In this document: positions 14,164 to 31,600 of the stretch, piece after piece | How positions within the stretch are numbered: the stretch's first letter is position 1 | Layout: the number at the start of each line of letters is the position of its first letter | NCBI RefSeq assembly: GCF_009914755.1 | Contig: NC_060926.1 | Strand: one strand, 5' to 3' | DNA length: 64,000 bases | DNA from: the human T2T-CHM13v2.0 reference genome, Homo sapiens | Translations under genes and position numbers: made by a program | The notes under the pieces: model-generated | Told to the model about the DNA's origin: nothing | What the model saw: the letters and a program-made list of their open reading frames with translations, nothing else | Database searches by the model: none

Positions 14164-15713
14164 CTATTTACATAATTCTATCCATGAGGGACTGACTCAC
14201 TCCCCGGTGAGGCCACTAATTCAAATTTTATATAATATGAAATAGAGAAAATTACTTCTCTATTGGAACTAAAATATGTCTTCTTATAAATGAACCTAAG
14301 TTCTGGCTTCTGAAACAGTACAATATAAACATAATTGCTCCATGTTAGAGACTAGCCTATTCTAAGTTTCTCAGATCCATTTTGCTCTATTACGTTTAAA
14401 CACCTGCATCTAATAGCAACACACTCTGGATACATGATTCCTGTTACCTTCCTGTTTATCTCTTCTGTTTTCATTCTTCTTGTTTCAGCTTATTTCTAAG
14501 ACCTTAATCCAGTTATTTTTTCCTACTCACCAATTCCTCTTCTTTCTCTAGTTTTAATATTGAAATAGCTACCCTGGACTCTGAAACATGGCACGTCTAG
14601 TTGTCTCTCCAACATCCAGTTCTCCTACCAAACTTTCCTGAAACCCTGACTATGAAAATGTACCACGGAAACGGCAGAAAAGTAATGTCTTACTTTTATT
14701 TTTCCCTCTATCATCATATATGAATTCCCTAGGTTTTGTTCTTTTGTTCAAGCTAAGTTCCTGAACCCTAAATCCACACTGTCAACACAGAGCCTTCTCC
14801 TAAAGGGCCATCCTACCCATAAGGAACCCCTAGATGTTAAAACATGTCACCTAACCAAAATTTTCTAAAGGTGCCCATTTCCCACATGTATCATATTTAT
14901 AGCATTTCATTATCCTCTGTCTGTGACACTTGCTTGTCTAGAGCATCATCTGAGGTAACAACCCCCATCTGTCCAATTTCATCAACTCACTCTTGTGATA
15001 GATATTAGCAGCTAATATCTAAACATGTTATAGTGAAGACTGGAATTTTCCAATTGGGTTAAGTTGAAAAAATTAACCATAACATTGTATTTCACTTCTT
15101 TTTTTGGCTATGTTGAGCAAATTCCAAAAATTCTAAACATAATTATAATAAAATTAGAGTCAACAATAGTATTACTCTATTCTCTTTTTTTCTGAAAAAT
15201 AAAAATAGATATTTATGTCTGGAAACCTGAAATAAGGAAAATTGATTCTACTTTACAAATATCATTGTGGGTAATGGGTTGGATATATAATTTTTAAAAT
15301 GTATTGAATTATCTCTAATATTTTTTAAAATGATTACTGTATGTTTGGCTTTTTTGTTGAATTGATATTTAAAATTAAAACTTTTTCAAAGGTAATAAGG
15401 CCATAAACATCTCTTCAATTTCAATATGGCCATAATCTTCCAAGGAAGCCCTACCACAAATTATAATTTGTTATGACAAGTGTATAAAAAATGAAACTCA
15501 TGTTTTATAATAGAGAGAGGCCAAAAGGTTAACATTTCTTCTCCTAGGCCTGAAAGAAAGTCAATAAATGAATCTCTAAAGCTTTACCCAGAAAAGCTGG
15601 ATCTATAGTGATAGTAAAGAAAATATATTTTGAAATTGTAACCTATTAAAGAAAGAATAAAGAAAAAGAATAATGGAAGATCTGTAGAGAAAATAGAGAA
15701 ACAACTGCTATAA

Positions 15714-16016
<303 letters not shown>

Positions 16017-16419
16017 GATTTTTTTAATCTAAAATGCATTTCATCATCTTCTATCACCCTTATTAAGGGAAGCAATATCAGTTTAAGAATGTTTCTTAAT
16101 GAAATTAGTCTTTAAGTTTCATGTTGGTACTTTACTATATGAAATATAACTCTCAGTATTTAGAGAAAGTTAAAATCATAGACCAAGTTATATGCTAGTT
16201 GAAAGAATCTAACAATGTGGAGAATTAAATTCTGTTAATAAATTTTCTATACGTCAAATATTTTTACCAATTCAAATTATATAAAGCATAGAGAGAAAGA
16301 GGTAAAAAAATGCTTCAAATTTTATTGCAAAGAGCAATAAGTTCTTTTTAGATGATATCTTCTTGGGCATATACAGTTTCTGTTTTCTCTGTCTTAGATA
16401 CACTCATCACAGGTATCTG

Positions 16420-16700
16420 CTGAGTTCTCTAACTTGCTTTTTATTCAGATCTTAATTCACATTATTAACCTTTAGTCAGATTTTCCCTGACCATCCTATT
16501 TAAAATTGCAAACTCCATCCAACCATTAACTAATCCCCTGTTGACATTTTTCATAGCTTTTATGCCTATCTTCCCACTAAAGTGTTCCAGAAGAACATAA
16601 ATTTGGTTCACTTCTGTTTACTACTGTATTCTCATCAGCAAGAATAATGCATGGTACATGGAAGGCACTCAAAAAATATTCATTGAAATAAAAATGAAAG
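16420..16700 (+). mobile_element. L2 3' end fragment
   Basis: TTTTCCCTGACCATCCTATTTAAAATTGCA...ATGGTACATGGAAGGCACTCAAAAAATATTCATTGAA, typical L2 tail. Confidence 0.65.
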
Positions 16701-17508
16701 AAGGATAAAACTTAAAAAAGTACTTATATGTGAATTCTATAATTTCTAACTAAAAATTTAAGAATTTCAGGATAAAAATAAACATGTGCCCACTGACTAT
16801 ATAAAGAGGCCAAAAGAAATATAAAACATATGGGAAAAGAAATAGAGGTCATAAAAACAGGAACGAAAATAGAAGGTATCTTACAAGTTTCACATGGCAT
16901 CTTGGGGACGGCTATGCTGTAATTATATTTTCTTAGGGGCATGTAAACAAATGAAAGAAATGCCATTAATCGTAAATTGAAGAGGTCTAAACTTAGCCTG
17001 TACTCTTTCTTCTCTTATTTCCATGTCATCTACACATGCAGACTGTCCTATTACTTGTATGGGCTCAACATGCTGCCAGTACCTAACCTTAAGCCTGCTC
17101 AACTCCTGCACATTGAAGGCAGTTAAACTTGTCACTGACTTTAGAACTGATACACTTGATGTGAGGATTCACAGTGGGTTCTCTGAAAGAATTTCTTCAC
17201 TTGTTCCTTATCATTTCCAATTCCAGTACCACTTCTCTGCACCTTCAAACTTAAAAGCAAATGTGGGAGGAAAAGCATTAAGTCTTCAACTCATTTTTTG
17301 GACTTTTTTTCTTATTGTAACTTTCCACATTACTTAATTGGCTCTGGTAATATATGCCAACTCTCATTGTTTTATTCAGCCCTGTAATAGGTCCACTCCC
17401 CCAAATCAGGCTCCTGTACCAGTTAGAAATATACCGCAATGAAAATGAAGAGCTAATATGAAACATCCTGAATTAGAATTAGTGAACAGAGTTGAAAGAT
17501 AACAGAGG

Positions 17509-17511
<3 letters not shown>

Positions 17512-17538
<27 letters not shown>
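17512..17538. repeat. (AC)n microsatellite
   Basis: About 13 perfect AC units. Confidence 0.95.
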
Positions 17539-17542
<4 letters not shown>

Positions 17543-17869
17543 AGAGAAACAACAGGAAAAAAAAAACAAGTAGTGATTAGTTAATGACTCATTTTAACCC
17601 TAAATTCTACATTGAATAATTGTATTTTACATCTGTTAGAATCAAGATTTCACACAGTTAACCCAGTCCATGGTGTTCAGTGCCTAATAATAGCTCTAAA
17701 ATGCCATCCTGATCATTTCATTCACCTCCTCAAAAATTCAACTAGATCCTAATTACCTCAAGACAAAAGTTGTGTCATTTATAGTTCTCTGTGATATCAC
17801 ATCACTCTAATTCACCTTTTCAATTATTTTTCCTAATATTACTTTCTAAACAAATATACCTAATTATGT

Positions 17870-18150
17870 TTCTTCAAGTGCCTAATGCTTTTCTCCCCAG
17901 GTTGTTCATATTCAGGAACCCAGTAACTTCATAATATTCCTCCAGTGTTGTTTTTCTGTTTAATCATGTTATTATCACACAAATTTATTGATCCTGCAAA
18001 GCTATCTACTTGTAGTACCTAAACATACTTAATATGTTTATTGTCGGTCTGCCTCTCCTAGAACATAATATCCAAGAGGGTATGGATTTGAATCTGTTTT
18101 GTTTATTAATATGCTTCAACCACCTGGCACATTATTGCTGAATAAATGAT
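17870..18150 (+). mobile_element. L2 3' end fragment
   Basis: TTTATTGTCGGTCTGCCTCTCCTAGAACATAA...TCTGTTTTGTTTATT...CCTGGCACA...TGCTGAATAAATGA. Confidence 0.55.
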
Positions 18151-18794
18151 TTTCAAATATCTTCTACTTTCCAAATGACCCTGAATCAATTGTTTCCTCT
18201 CCATTCCCAGTGTGTCTGCCTTAAATTAGGCTCTCATTAACATTTTCATAGACCATTATAACCATCATATAAATAAATTCCATTCCTAATATTCCCCCAG
18301 GCCAATGCATCCTTACATTAGCAATATCTTCTGAAATACAAATCTGATCAGGACTTTTTCCTTTTTTGCTAAGAAGCTTTATTTTATAGTCTTACATGAG
18401 GCTACTTTTTCAGTTTCTTCTACTGCCACTCTAACAATGAAAACACTTTTCTTTGGGCTACTCTACCAAGGAAAATGAACCTTTTTATATTTATTAGCAT
18501 AGAACACAGGCTTCTGAGATTTCATAAGGAAGAAAACAAGCTCATGATTAGTGAAAATATGGTACATTAGCATAAAGCTATTTCAAGCAATGACTTTAAA
18601 CATTATACTTATCAACCATTGGATAAACACATTACATTTCCACTTATGATTATATATTTCACAAGAATGTATGTGTGTACACACACATATATTCACAATG
18701 GCATAATATTTGTCATTATTACATATAATCAATTTTATTTTTGTTTTTATTCTATTGTGTTTCACTTATGCAGGTAAATATTCATTTCACGACA

Positions 18795-19699
18795 GGGGAG
18801 GAGCCAAGATGGCTGAATAGGAACAGCTCCGGTCTACAGCTCCCAGCGTGAGCGACGCAGAAGACGGGTGATTTCTGCATTTCCATCTGAGGTACCGGGT
18901 TTCTCTCACTAGGGAGTGCCAGACAGTGGGCGCAGGCCAGTGGGTGCGCGCACCGTGCGCGAGCCGAAGCAGGGCGAGGCATTGCCTCACCTGGGAAGCG
19001 CGAGGGGTCAGGGAGTTCCCTTTCCGAGTCAAAGAAAGGGGTGACGGACGCACCTGGAAAATCGGGTCACTCCCACCCGAATATTGCGCTTTTCAGACCG
19101 GCTTAAAAAACGGCGAACCATGAGATTATATCCCACACCTGGCTCGGAGGGTCCTACGCCCACGGAGTCTCACTGATTGCTAGCACAGCAGTCTGAGATC
19201 AAACTGCAAGGCAGCAGCGAGGCTGGGGGAGGGGCGCCCACCATTGCCCAGGCTTGCTTAGGTAAACAAAGCAGCCAGGAAGCTCGAACTGGGTAGAGCC
19301 CACCACAGCTCAAGAAGGCCTGCCTGCCTCTGTAGGCTCCACCTCTGGGGGCAGGGCACAGACAAACAAAAAGACAGCAGTAACCTCTGCAGACTTAAGT
19401 GTCCCTGTCTGACAGCTTTGAAGAGAGCAGTGGTTCTCCCAGCACGCAGCTGGAGATCTGAGAACCCGCAGACTGCCTCCTCAAGTGGGTCCCTGACCCC
19501 TGACCCCCGAGCAGCCTAACTGGGAGGCACCCCCCAGCCGGGGCACACTGACACCTCACACGGCAGGGTATTCCAACAGACCTGCAGCTGAGGGTCCTCT
19601 CTGTTAGAAGGAAAACTAACAAACAGAAAGGACATCCACACCGAAAACCCATCTGTACATCACCATCATCAAAGACCAAAAGTAGATAAAACCACAAAG
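18795..19699 (+). promoter_or_regulatory. L1 5' UTR: CpG-rich sense promoter and antisense promoter
   Basis: Complete ~900-bp 5' UTR; YY1 core AAGATGGC at 18806-18813; many CpGs retained in otherwise CpG-poor DNA. Confidence 0.85.
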
Positions 19700-20758
19700 A
19701 TGGGGAAAAAACAGAACAGAAAAACTGGAAACTCTAAAATGCAGAGCGCCTCTCCTCCTCCAAAGGAACGCAGCTCCTCACCAGCAACGGAACAAGGAAC
19801 AAAGCTGGATGGAGAATGACTTTGACGAGCTGAGAGAAGAAGGCTTCAGACGATCAAATTACTCCGAGCTACGGGAGGACATTCAAACCAAAGGCAAAGA
19901 AGTTGAAAACTTTGAAAAAAATTTAGAAGAATGTATAACTAGAATAACCAATACAGAGAAGTGCTTAAAGCAGCTGATGGAGCTGAAAACCAAGGCTCGA
20001 GAACTACGTGAAGAATGCAGAAGCCTCAGGAGCCGATGCGATCAACTGGAAGAAAGGGTATCAGCAATGTAGGTGAAATGAATGAAATGAAGCGAGAAGG
20101 GAAGGTTAGAGAAAAAAGAATAAAAAGAAATGAGCAAAGCCTCCAAGAAATATGGGACTATGTGAAAAGACCAAATCTACGTCTGATTGGTGTACCTGAA
20201 AGTGATGGGGAGAATGGAACCAAGTTGGAAAACACTCTGCAGGATATTATCCAGGAGAACTTCCCCAATCTAGCAAGGCAGGCCAACGTTCAGATTCAGG
20301 AAATACAGAGAATGCCACAAAGATACTCCTCGAGAAGAGCAACTCCAAGACACATAATTGTCAGATTCACCAAAGTTGAAATGAAGGAAAAAATGTTAAG
20401 GGCAGCCAGAGAGAAAGGTCGGGTTACCCTCAAAGGGAAGCCCATCAGACTAACAGCGGATCTCTCGGCAGAAACCCTACAAGCCAGAAGAGAGTGGGGG
20501 CCAATATTCAACATTCTTAAAGAAAAGAATTTTCAACCCAGAATTTCATATCCAGCCAAACTAAGCTTCATAAGTGAAGGAGAAATAAAATACTTCACAG
20601 ACAAGCAAATGCTGAGAGATTTTGTCACCACTAGGCCTGCCCTAAAAGAGCTCCTGAAGGAAGCGCTAAACATGGAAAGGAACAACTGGTACCAGCCGCT
20701 GCAAAATCATGCCAAAATGTACAGACCATCGAGACTAGGAAGAACCTGCATCAACTAA
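19700..20758 (+). pseudogene. L1 ORF1p (RNA-binding protein), disrupted
   Basis: MGKKQNRKTGNS from ATG 19700; 7-bp duplication GGAACAA (~19789-19802) frameshifts; stop plus 1-bp deletion near 20070; normal TAA replaced by TAC, so the last piece runs to 20758. Confidence 0.95.
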
Positions 20759-20761
20759 TGA

Positions 20762-24614
<3,853 letters not shown>

Positions 24615-25306
24615 ACAATGAGATCACATGGACACAGGAAGGGGAATATCACACTCTGGGGACTGTGGTGGGGTGGGGGGAGGGGTGAGGGATAGCATTG
24701 GGAGATATACCTAATGCTAGATGACGAGTTAGTGGGTGCAGCGCACCAGCATGGCACATGTATACATATGTAACTAACCTGCACAATGTGCACATGTACC
24801 CTAAAACTTAAAGTATAATAAAAAAAAAATTCATTTCACTAAACTCATTTCACAAATCACTAATGAGCTGTCATGCACAGTTTGAAAAAATACGCTAATA
24901 GAGTTTGAGTCTTTTGGCATGACTGAATTATAGGATAGGGTGCTGATTGTCTTATTCAATGACACCAAACTGTTGGTGATTCTGTGGCAGTCATAGAAAG
25001 CTGAAGTAGTCTATGTAATATTAAGAGTGTAAATGGTGCTTTAATTTTCAAAAAGGAAGGGGAAAAGGTGTATTTGATAAACTACATTACAGGGTAACGA
25101 TCTAAGATGGATAATTTAAGGAATCATTTGTGAACATTGAGGATGAAGTAGTAATCACTAATATCTAACATGATTTATGTTAAAATTAGTCAAATCAAAT
25201 TAACCTCAGTTAATTTGTTGCTAAGCAAGTAAATCAAGACTATGTAGTACAATTTTGAAAGGCATAAGGAAATAAAATGCTCTCTTATTCCTATGATAGA
25301 GATAAT

Positions 25307-25500
25307 GTGGTATAGTCATTAACCCTAGTTCCCTTTTCTGCTAGACATGCAACTAGACAAAATTTCTGTCTCCCTTGCAGTTAGGTGGGACCATATGACT
25401 ATGTTCTATCCAAATGAATGTGAACTGGAAATGATGTACACTGCTCTCAAACTCCTTTCTTAGGTAACCTAGGATCCCTCTCACCTTATGACAACACTTA
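25307..25500 (+). mobile_element. MLT1-type MaLR LTR fragment
   Basis: TCTCCCTTGCAGTTAGGTGGGACCATATGACT...AATGAATGTGAACTGGAAATGATG. Confidence 0.6.
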
Positions 25501-25517
25501 GCAATGGTCCCCTTATC

Positions 25518-25816
25518 TTTTTTGTTGTTGTTGTGACAGGGTCTCTCTCCGTCACCCAGGCGGGAGAGCCAGTGGTACAATCATGGCTCACTTCAATCTC
25601 GAACTCCTGGGCTAAAGTGATCCTTCAGACTCAGCTTCCCAAGTAGCTGGTACTACAGGTGCATACCACTGTGTCTGGCTAATTTTTAAGTTTTTGAAGA
25701 GATGGGGTTCTCACTTTTTTTCCTTCAGCTGGTCTAGAATTCCTGGCCTCAAGCCATCGTCCCACCTCAGCCTCCCAAAATGCTTGGATTACAGGCAACA
25801 GCCACCATGCCCAGCC
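25518..25816 (-). mobile_element. AluJ
   Basis: GACAGGGTCTC...ATCATGGCTCAC...CTCGAACTCCTGGGCT...GCCCAGCC; J-type diagnostics, high divergence. Confidence 0.9.
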
Positions 25817-25829
25817 TCCTTTATTTCTT

Positions 25830-26860
25830 GTATTATCAATTGCTCCCCCTCTATGGACTCTTTAGACAACAGCATACAGGTAAAATGTAACATCTCCCTC
25901 ATTAATATATCCAGTTCTTTAACCTTACATACATCTCCAAATTTTTCTCTGTTTCTCTGCTCCTTTACAGGAAAATTCCATTATAGAACTGTCTATACAC
26001 ACTGTTAACCCTTCTGATCCTTCAATTGTCCCTGAAATCTATCGTAATCTGGCACTTTACTCTTGCCATAAAACAGCTCTTGTTAGGGTCACAAATGACA
26101 TTGACATTGCTGAGTCCATAGGATTTTTCTTTTTTCCAGTGTCGTCATCTCTGATTTCTCATGAACAGTTGTTCAGTCTTCACTGCACTGGCTTCGTTCC
26201 AGTTTCTTGGTCTCCTTGTTCCCAGGTCTCTAGTCATTCCTTTGGTCTCCCTTAGTGTTCCCACCTCTCTTCCCTACTGTTGGTAGGCCCCAAGGTCAGT
26301 CACTGGATCCTTCGTCTTCTCTACCTATACTTCCTACCCAGGTGTTTTCACCAAGTTTCATGCCTTTAAATACCCAGTGCACACAGTTGACAAAATATGT
26401 CTAGCCCAGACCTTTCACTGGAACATTAGACCTATACATTAAACTGCTTCCTGAATAATTTTGTTAGTCTAAAAGTCACCTTAAATTTAACAAGTCCAAA
26501 ATTAAACTCCTGATTCTCTCTCTGAATCACAGCTTCTGTAATCTTTTCTATTTGGTTATTGGCATTTCATCTCTATTTGTTATTTATTCTTCTAGGTGTA
26601 AGCAAAACAACTTGGAATCATCATTGACTAACCTCTTTCTTCCACATTCATACTTAGTCCATCATCAGTAAATCTTTTCCCTGTAAAGTAGAGCCCAAAT
26701 TCAACAACTTTCAAAGAAATTTCTACTGCTGTCATCCTGGTCCAAGATGTCCTCCTCTCTGATTTTTTTATTACTATAGTAGGTTTCTAATGGATTTCTT
26801 TATTTCTACCTTTTCTTCCCAGGAGTCTGTCATCTCCACAGCAGCATAAAATAATCTTTT
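25830..26860 (+). mobile_element. L2 fragment (~1 kb)
   Basis: GGTCACAAATGAC...CCCCAAGGTCAGTCACTGG...CTAGCCCAGACCTTTC...AACAAGTCCAAAATTAAACTCCTGAT; pyrimidine-rich L2 pattern. Confidence 0.7.
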
Positions 26861-27989
26861 TTGCATTTGTAGTCTTGAGAAGGTTGGTATCATAACAATA
26901 TGCAAAATGATCCTTTTAAAATTTGATTGTCATTTTTAAAATGACAAATCATATCACTTTCTGAATTTCATATAAATGTCATTCAATTAACTTTCAAAAA
27001 TATGAAAAAGACTGTTTAACATGCCACATTAGGTCAAAAGAGCTATGGGTTGAGCTGTTTAAAATTATTTTGAAAAGCTATTTTTTAACATGAATGAACA
27101 TGCCACTAGTATTTGTTACAATTTCATCATTATTTCCAATCCTATTTATTTGGTCTTGTTAACAAGAGAATACTTAGTCAAATTTTTGGCTCGGTCAAAT
27201 CTCTTAATCTTCTAGAATACAACTTTGGGGAAGTGAATATTAAATTAAAAATAATGGCATTCATCAGCAATTTATCATTACATGCCCTGTAATTATTATT
27301 AATATTATACAAATTATTATATAAGTATAGAATATATTCTATATTATAAAAACACTATGTTTAAAGCTCTTATATTATGAAAAATATAAGATTGCACTAA
27401 TAAAAATCTAAAGAAAAATATCATAAAAATTTTTGAAGTCTGCTTTACTATAGTCTTACATACATACACCCACGCATGCAACTGTTTTCATCAAAATGGA
27501 CATGAATTCATGAAAGTGTGCTCTTATTTATCTCATGTGAAAGTACTGTAAAAATGAATTTCCTAGCTTCTGCCAGAAGTTTACAGATACTTAGCTGGGT
27601 GGAAATACCAATAAATTAAGCAATAGTGTTTTACCTTTATAATGATGCATATGAAGGGCTCTTTTCATCTTCCTGTAAGATCACAAAGTATAATTTGCAA
27701 AAAAAAAAAAAAAATCTGCCTGACATATCCTTTGCAAATAGAAAAGTCAAAATTGGGAACATGAAAGCAGACGTGCAAAATTAGATTCATATACCCACTT
27801 TGTTTCCTGTGCTGGAGCCTCTGAATTAGACCCAGCAGGCCTTCCCTCCTTGACCCTGCCTCAACCAGGAAAAAAATAATGTGCAGAATCTTCCTTTGGT
27901 GGTCTGACCCAACCCTTCTTAAAGATACCTTTTATCTACTTTTTTTGTTCTTTTTTTAAATGGGGAAGATTCTGTTTGCTTTTAATTAA

Positions 27990-28334
<345 letters not shown>

Positions 28335-30629
28335 TAATAAGCATAATAAACTTTGAAATGAATAGATCATATCAACACATTTTAAGAGTTAGTCAGTAGC
28401 TTTCGAAAGCCTAAAAAAGATATTATAATATTTATTTTTATTTTCCATTAGACTAAATATGCCTATTTTAAATGTGATACTGCCAATTCTCTCTTACACC
28501 AAATCTTCTAGAGGAAAGTTTTTATCTAAGATAGTTTAATCATTTTGATAAAACACAGCACAAAGAGAATGCCTAATGATTGAATTAAACATGTTATTTC
28601 ATTGATATTTCTTTTATATTTAATTTGTGCCTTTAGCCATAAGAATTAGGAAGTTACCTGGAGTTCATTTCCACAAATGATATTACAGAGGCATAATAGA
28701 TTTTCTTCAAGTGTCTATACATTATGAATGTAAGGTTACTATGTATCTGACAAAAGTAATTTGTATAGAAGTAATTCTAAAAACTATTTGACGTCTATTC
28801 AAAAACCATTTTCTGCACTTAAAGTGAAATGACTGTAGAAATTTGCTAACCTTTCATGACACAGTGACTTAAAAATCCATTAAATGTTTTTAAAAAATGC
28901 ACTGCTTGACTCTTTTGTAATTCTAAGAGCAAACAGCTATCTGACATTTTCAGGATCATTAAATTAAAAAATGATAAGGAAGGAAAATCATTAACTAATT
29001 TATATTTCTCTTCTAATGGGAATAGAATTAGTAATTACTTTTGCTGTTGAAACCTCCTGTAGTCAGTCACTTGTGTCCCAGTAGCATGCCTATCATTCAA
29101 AGTATGGGACCTACAGACCTTAAGTTACAAAAGTTCACAGCTGTATTTATAGACCAGTATTAAAACAAGTGGCATGGAATCTTCACACTCAATCGTCCAA
29201 ACTACCATTCTCAAATTTCCTTCTCCTATGTTGCACTTACTGGTTTTCTTTTTATAGACTTCAATAATGTTTTGCCCAGTACCTTACCTATTATAACAAT
29301 AAATATTTTCTAAATTAACACATGAGTCAATTTGGGCATTTGAAAAGAAGAGAAGCAAGACAAAAACTCAGATGTTCAAGACTTTCATTCAACAACCGTG
29401 GGATTCTTGGAAGTTATAATAATCAGCCATTACAACTCAAAGTTTTATCTAATTTATAGGAAAACTTATGAGCACTCAAGGAATTAATTCCTTCACATTT
29501 CATCTGATGTACTTGTTGAAATGACTATAGAATTCATGGTTTAAAATGAAGCTATCTTCATTTCCTCTATCTATTTTCTCTACGGCATTAGTAAACTAAC
29601 TGCCATATGAAAGTCACATTTATTTTATTTCAGTTCTAAAATCATATTTTAAATTCGGGCAATTCATCTACCAGTAACATTTTATATGACATTATATTTT
29701 TTCTAATAAAAGTTGAATTGAAGAGCAAGTTAACAGACTGTTACCCCTAAACAGAAATTACGAAACCAATCACAAAGTAATTTATTAAATTTTTAAAGTA
29801 ATACTTTCTTGTCAAGCAGACCTGTAAAATTAGACAGTACTGTTTTATAGTACTTACATTTGATAAAAAGTTTGTTCATGTCTCTAGTGATATGTTATTG
29901 TGATTTACAGGTTATAGAATAAATTTTCAAGAGGGGCCAAGACTAGCATTCTAGTTTGCCCATATAATTCCTTAATAGAAAAAGTAATGGTTCTGGTAAC
30001 CTGAGCTTGCCACTAATCATCACTTATTTTTCTTAATGATAGATTGCTACTTCCCTAAGCATAGTAATTTGATATGTTGAAAGTGGTTACTGTTAAGTTT
30101 AATATATTAATTTGTCTTGACTGGCAGCTAATAAAATGCTATATTATTGATGAAAAATTAATATCTAAAATTGGAATAAACGGAAAGGCAAACTTAACCA
30201 AACTTATAAACTCAGTATTGTACTTTTAAGTAAGTTTCTTGAGCACCCCTCCTGTTAAAACTAGAGTGCAGTTTTAATGCCACTCTTCCATCAGTAGACA
30301 AGGTGTCTTATGCCAATTCCCACAGAAGGGGCTGCTCTGCACACAGTAACCCGAGGCCTCAACTTTCCATCACAGGCAGTATGCCAAATATAAATACCCA
30401 GGAGTGTCCTGAACTTTAAAGTGATTCCTAAATACGAGGCTCATTTACGAAGAACTTCAAAAACATTAAGCGGCTCTTGCATTCTCAATTAGAAATTCTC
30501 CTCATACTAACAGGGACTTCTGAGCGTATCAACACAGAGAAAGCAGTTGTTCCCATGTCTTAAAATAGCACAGATTGAACATTTAACCTTTCTGCTGCCC
30601 AGTCAGAGTCTAATTACTATTTTATGTTT

Positions 30630-30631
<2 letters not shown>

Positions 30632-30661
<30 letters not shown>
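30632..30661. repeat. (AC)n microsatellite
   Basis: 15 perfect AC units. Confidence 0.95.
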
Positions 30662-30662
<1 letters not shown>

Positions 30663-31399
30663 ATTTTGCCTTCCTCATAATAGACTAGAACATAGATGAA
30701 AGTAAAACAAACTCATTGCTCTTTAAAAGTACAAACCTAGAAAAAAAAAGGTTCCTGTTTGCAGGAATTTGAAAGAATGATGTCAAACCAGTCAAACTCA
30801 ATTTTTCTATTGAAAAGCGGGTCCTTCAAAGTAACTCTATTTTAAGTAATTACGCTTTAGTAAAGAGTTTGCTGACTTTTTTGATTATTCATTATGAGAG
30901 ATAATTTTATTTTCAAATCCTAGTGTTATATTTAGCAAGTTACTAAGGCTCTATACAGGACATGGACTCAAGGCACTTAGAATAAATGTCTCCCCAAGAC
31001 TTGTCACATGTCCACTGTTTATAAGTAACCCAGTTTATTTACTAGATACTGGCAATGCCTCCTTTCAGAAATGTAAACACTCAATTACTGAATTTTAATC
31101 AGAAGGATTATTCTACATAGAGTGGCATTTTCTATTTTCCTGAGCAATATTTCCCAGGCTATCATCTCCTCTATTTCAATATCATATATTAGGATTCAAG
31201 ACCATCATATTTACCCCTTCCACTATGAATGGAGTGAGGCAAAACATGTTTATTAAAAATCAGTTAAATAGCTCAGCTTGATTTTACAAATATTATATAC
31301 TATAAAATGTTTTCTATTTTGAAAGAAATTTGTATGTTATTTTTCTTTCATTTGGACATGTAAATAAATGATGATGGTGAATGAGAGCATAGGCTTCTC

Positions 31400-31600
31400 T
31401 CAAAGAGTGGTAGGATCATGTTCTTGATGCCAAAAACCCAGAGGATATGTCTTAGGTCTGTTTTTGTGAGCCCTGTAACCTTGAATAAGTCACTTAGCTA
31501 TTTTGAAATTCATTTTCTTCACCTGTAATGGCATTTGCTCTCTTTTTAAATAGAAATTACATTCAATAAATGAGCATTTTAATGTGATAGATTTAAAAAA
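31400..31600 (+). mobile_element. MIR fragment
   Basis: GTAACCTTGAATAAGTCACTTA...CATTTTCTTCACCTGTAA matches the MIR core. Confidence 0.55.

Noticed and set aside
26927-26947. Small palindrome TTGTCATTTT-T-AAAATGACAA (similar ones near 35177-35200 and 61350-61368)
   Set aside because: Arms of about 10 bp or less in AT-rich DNA are expected occasionally by chance
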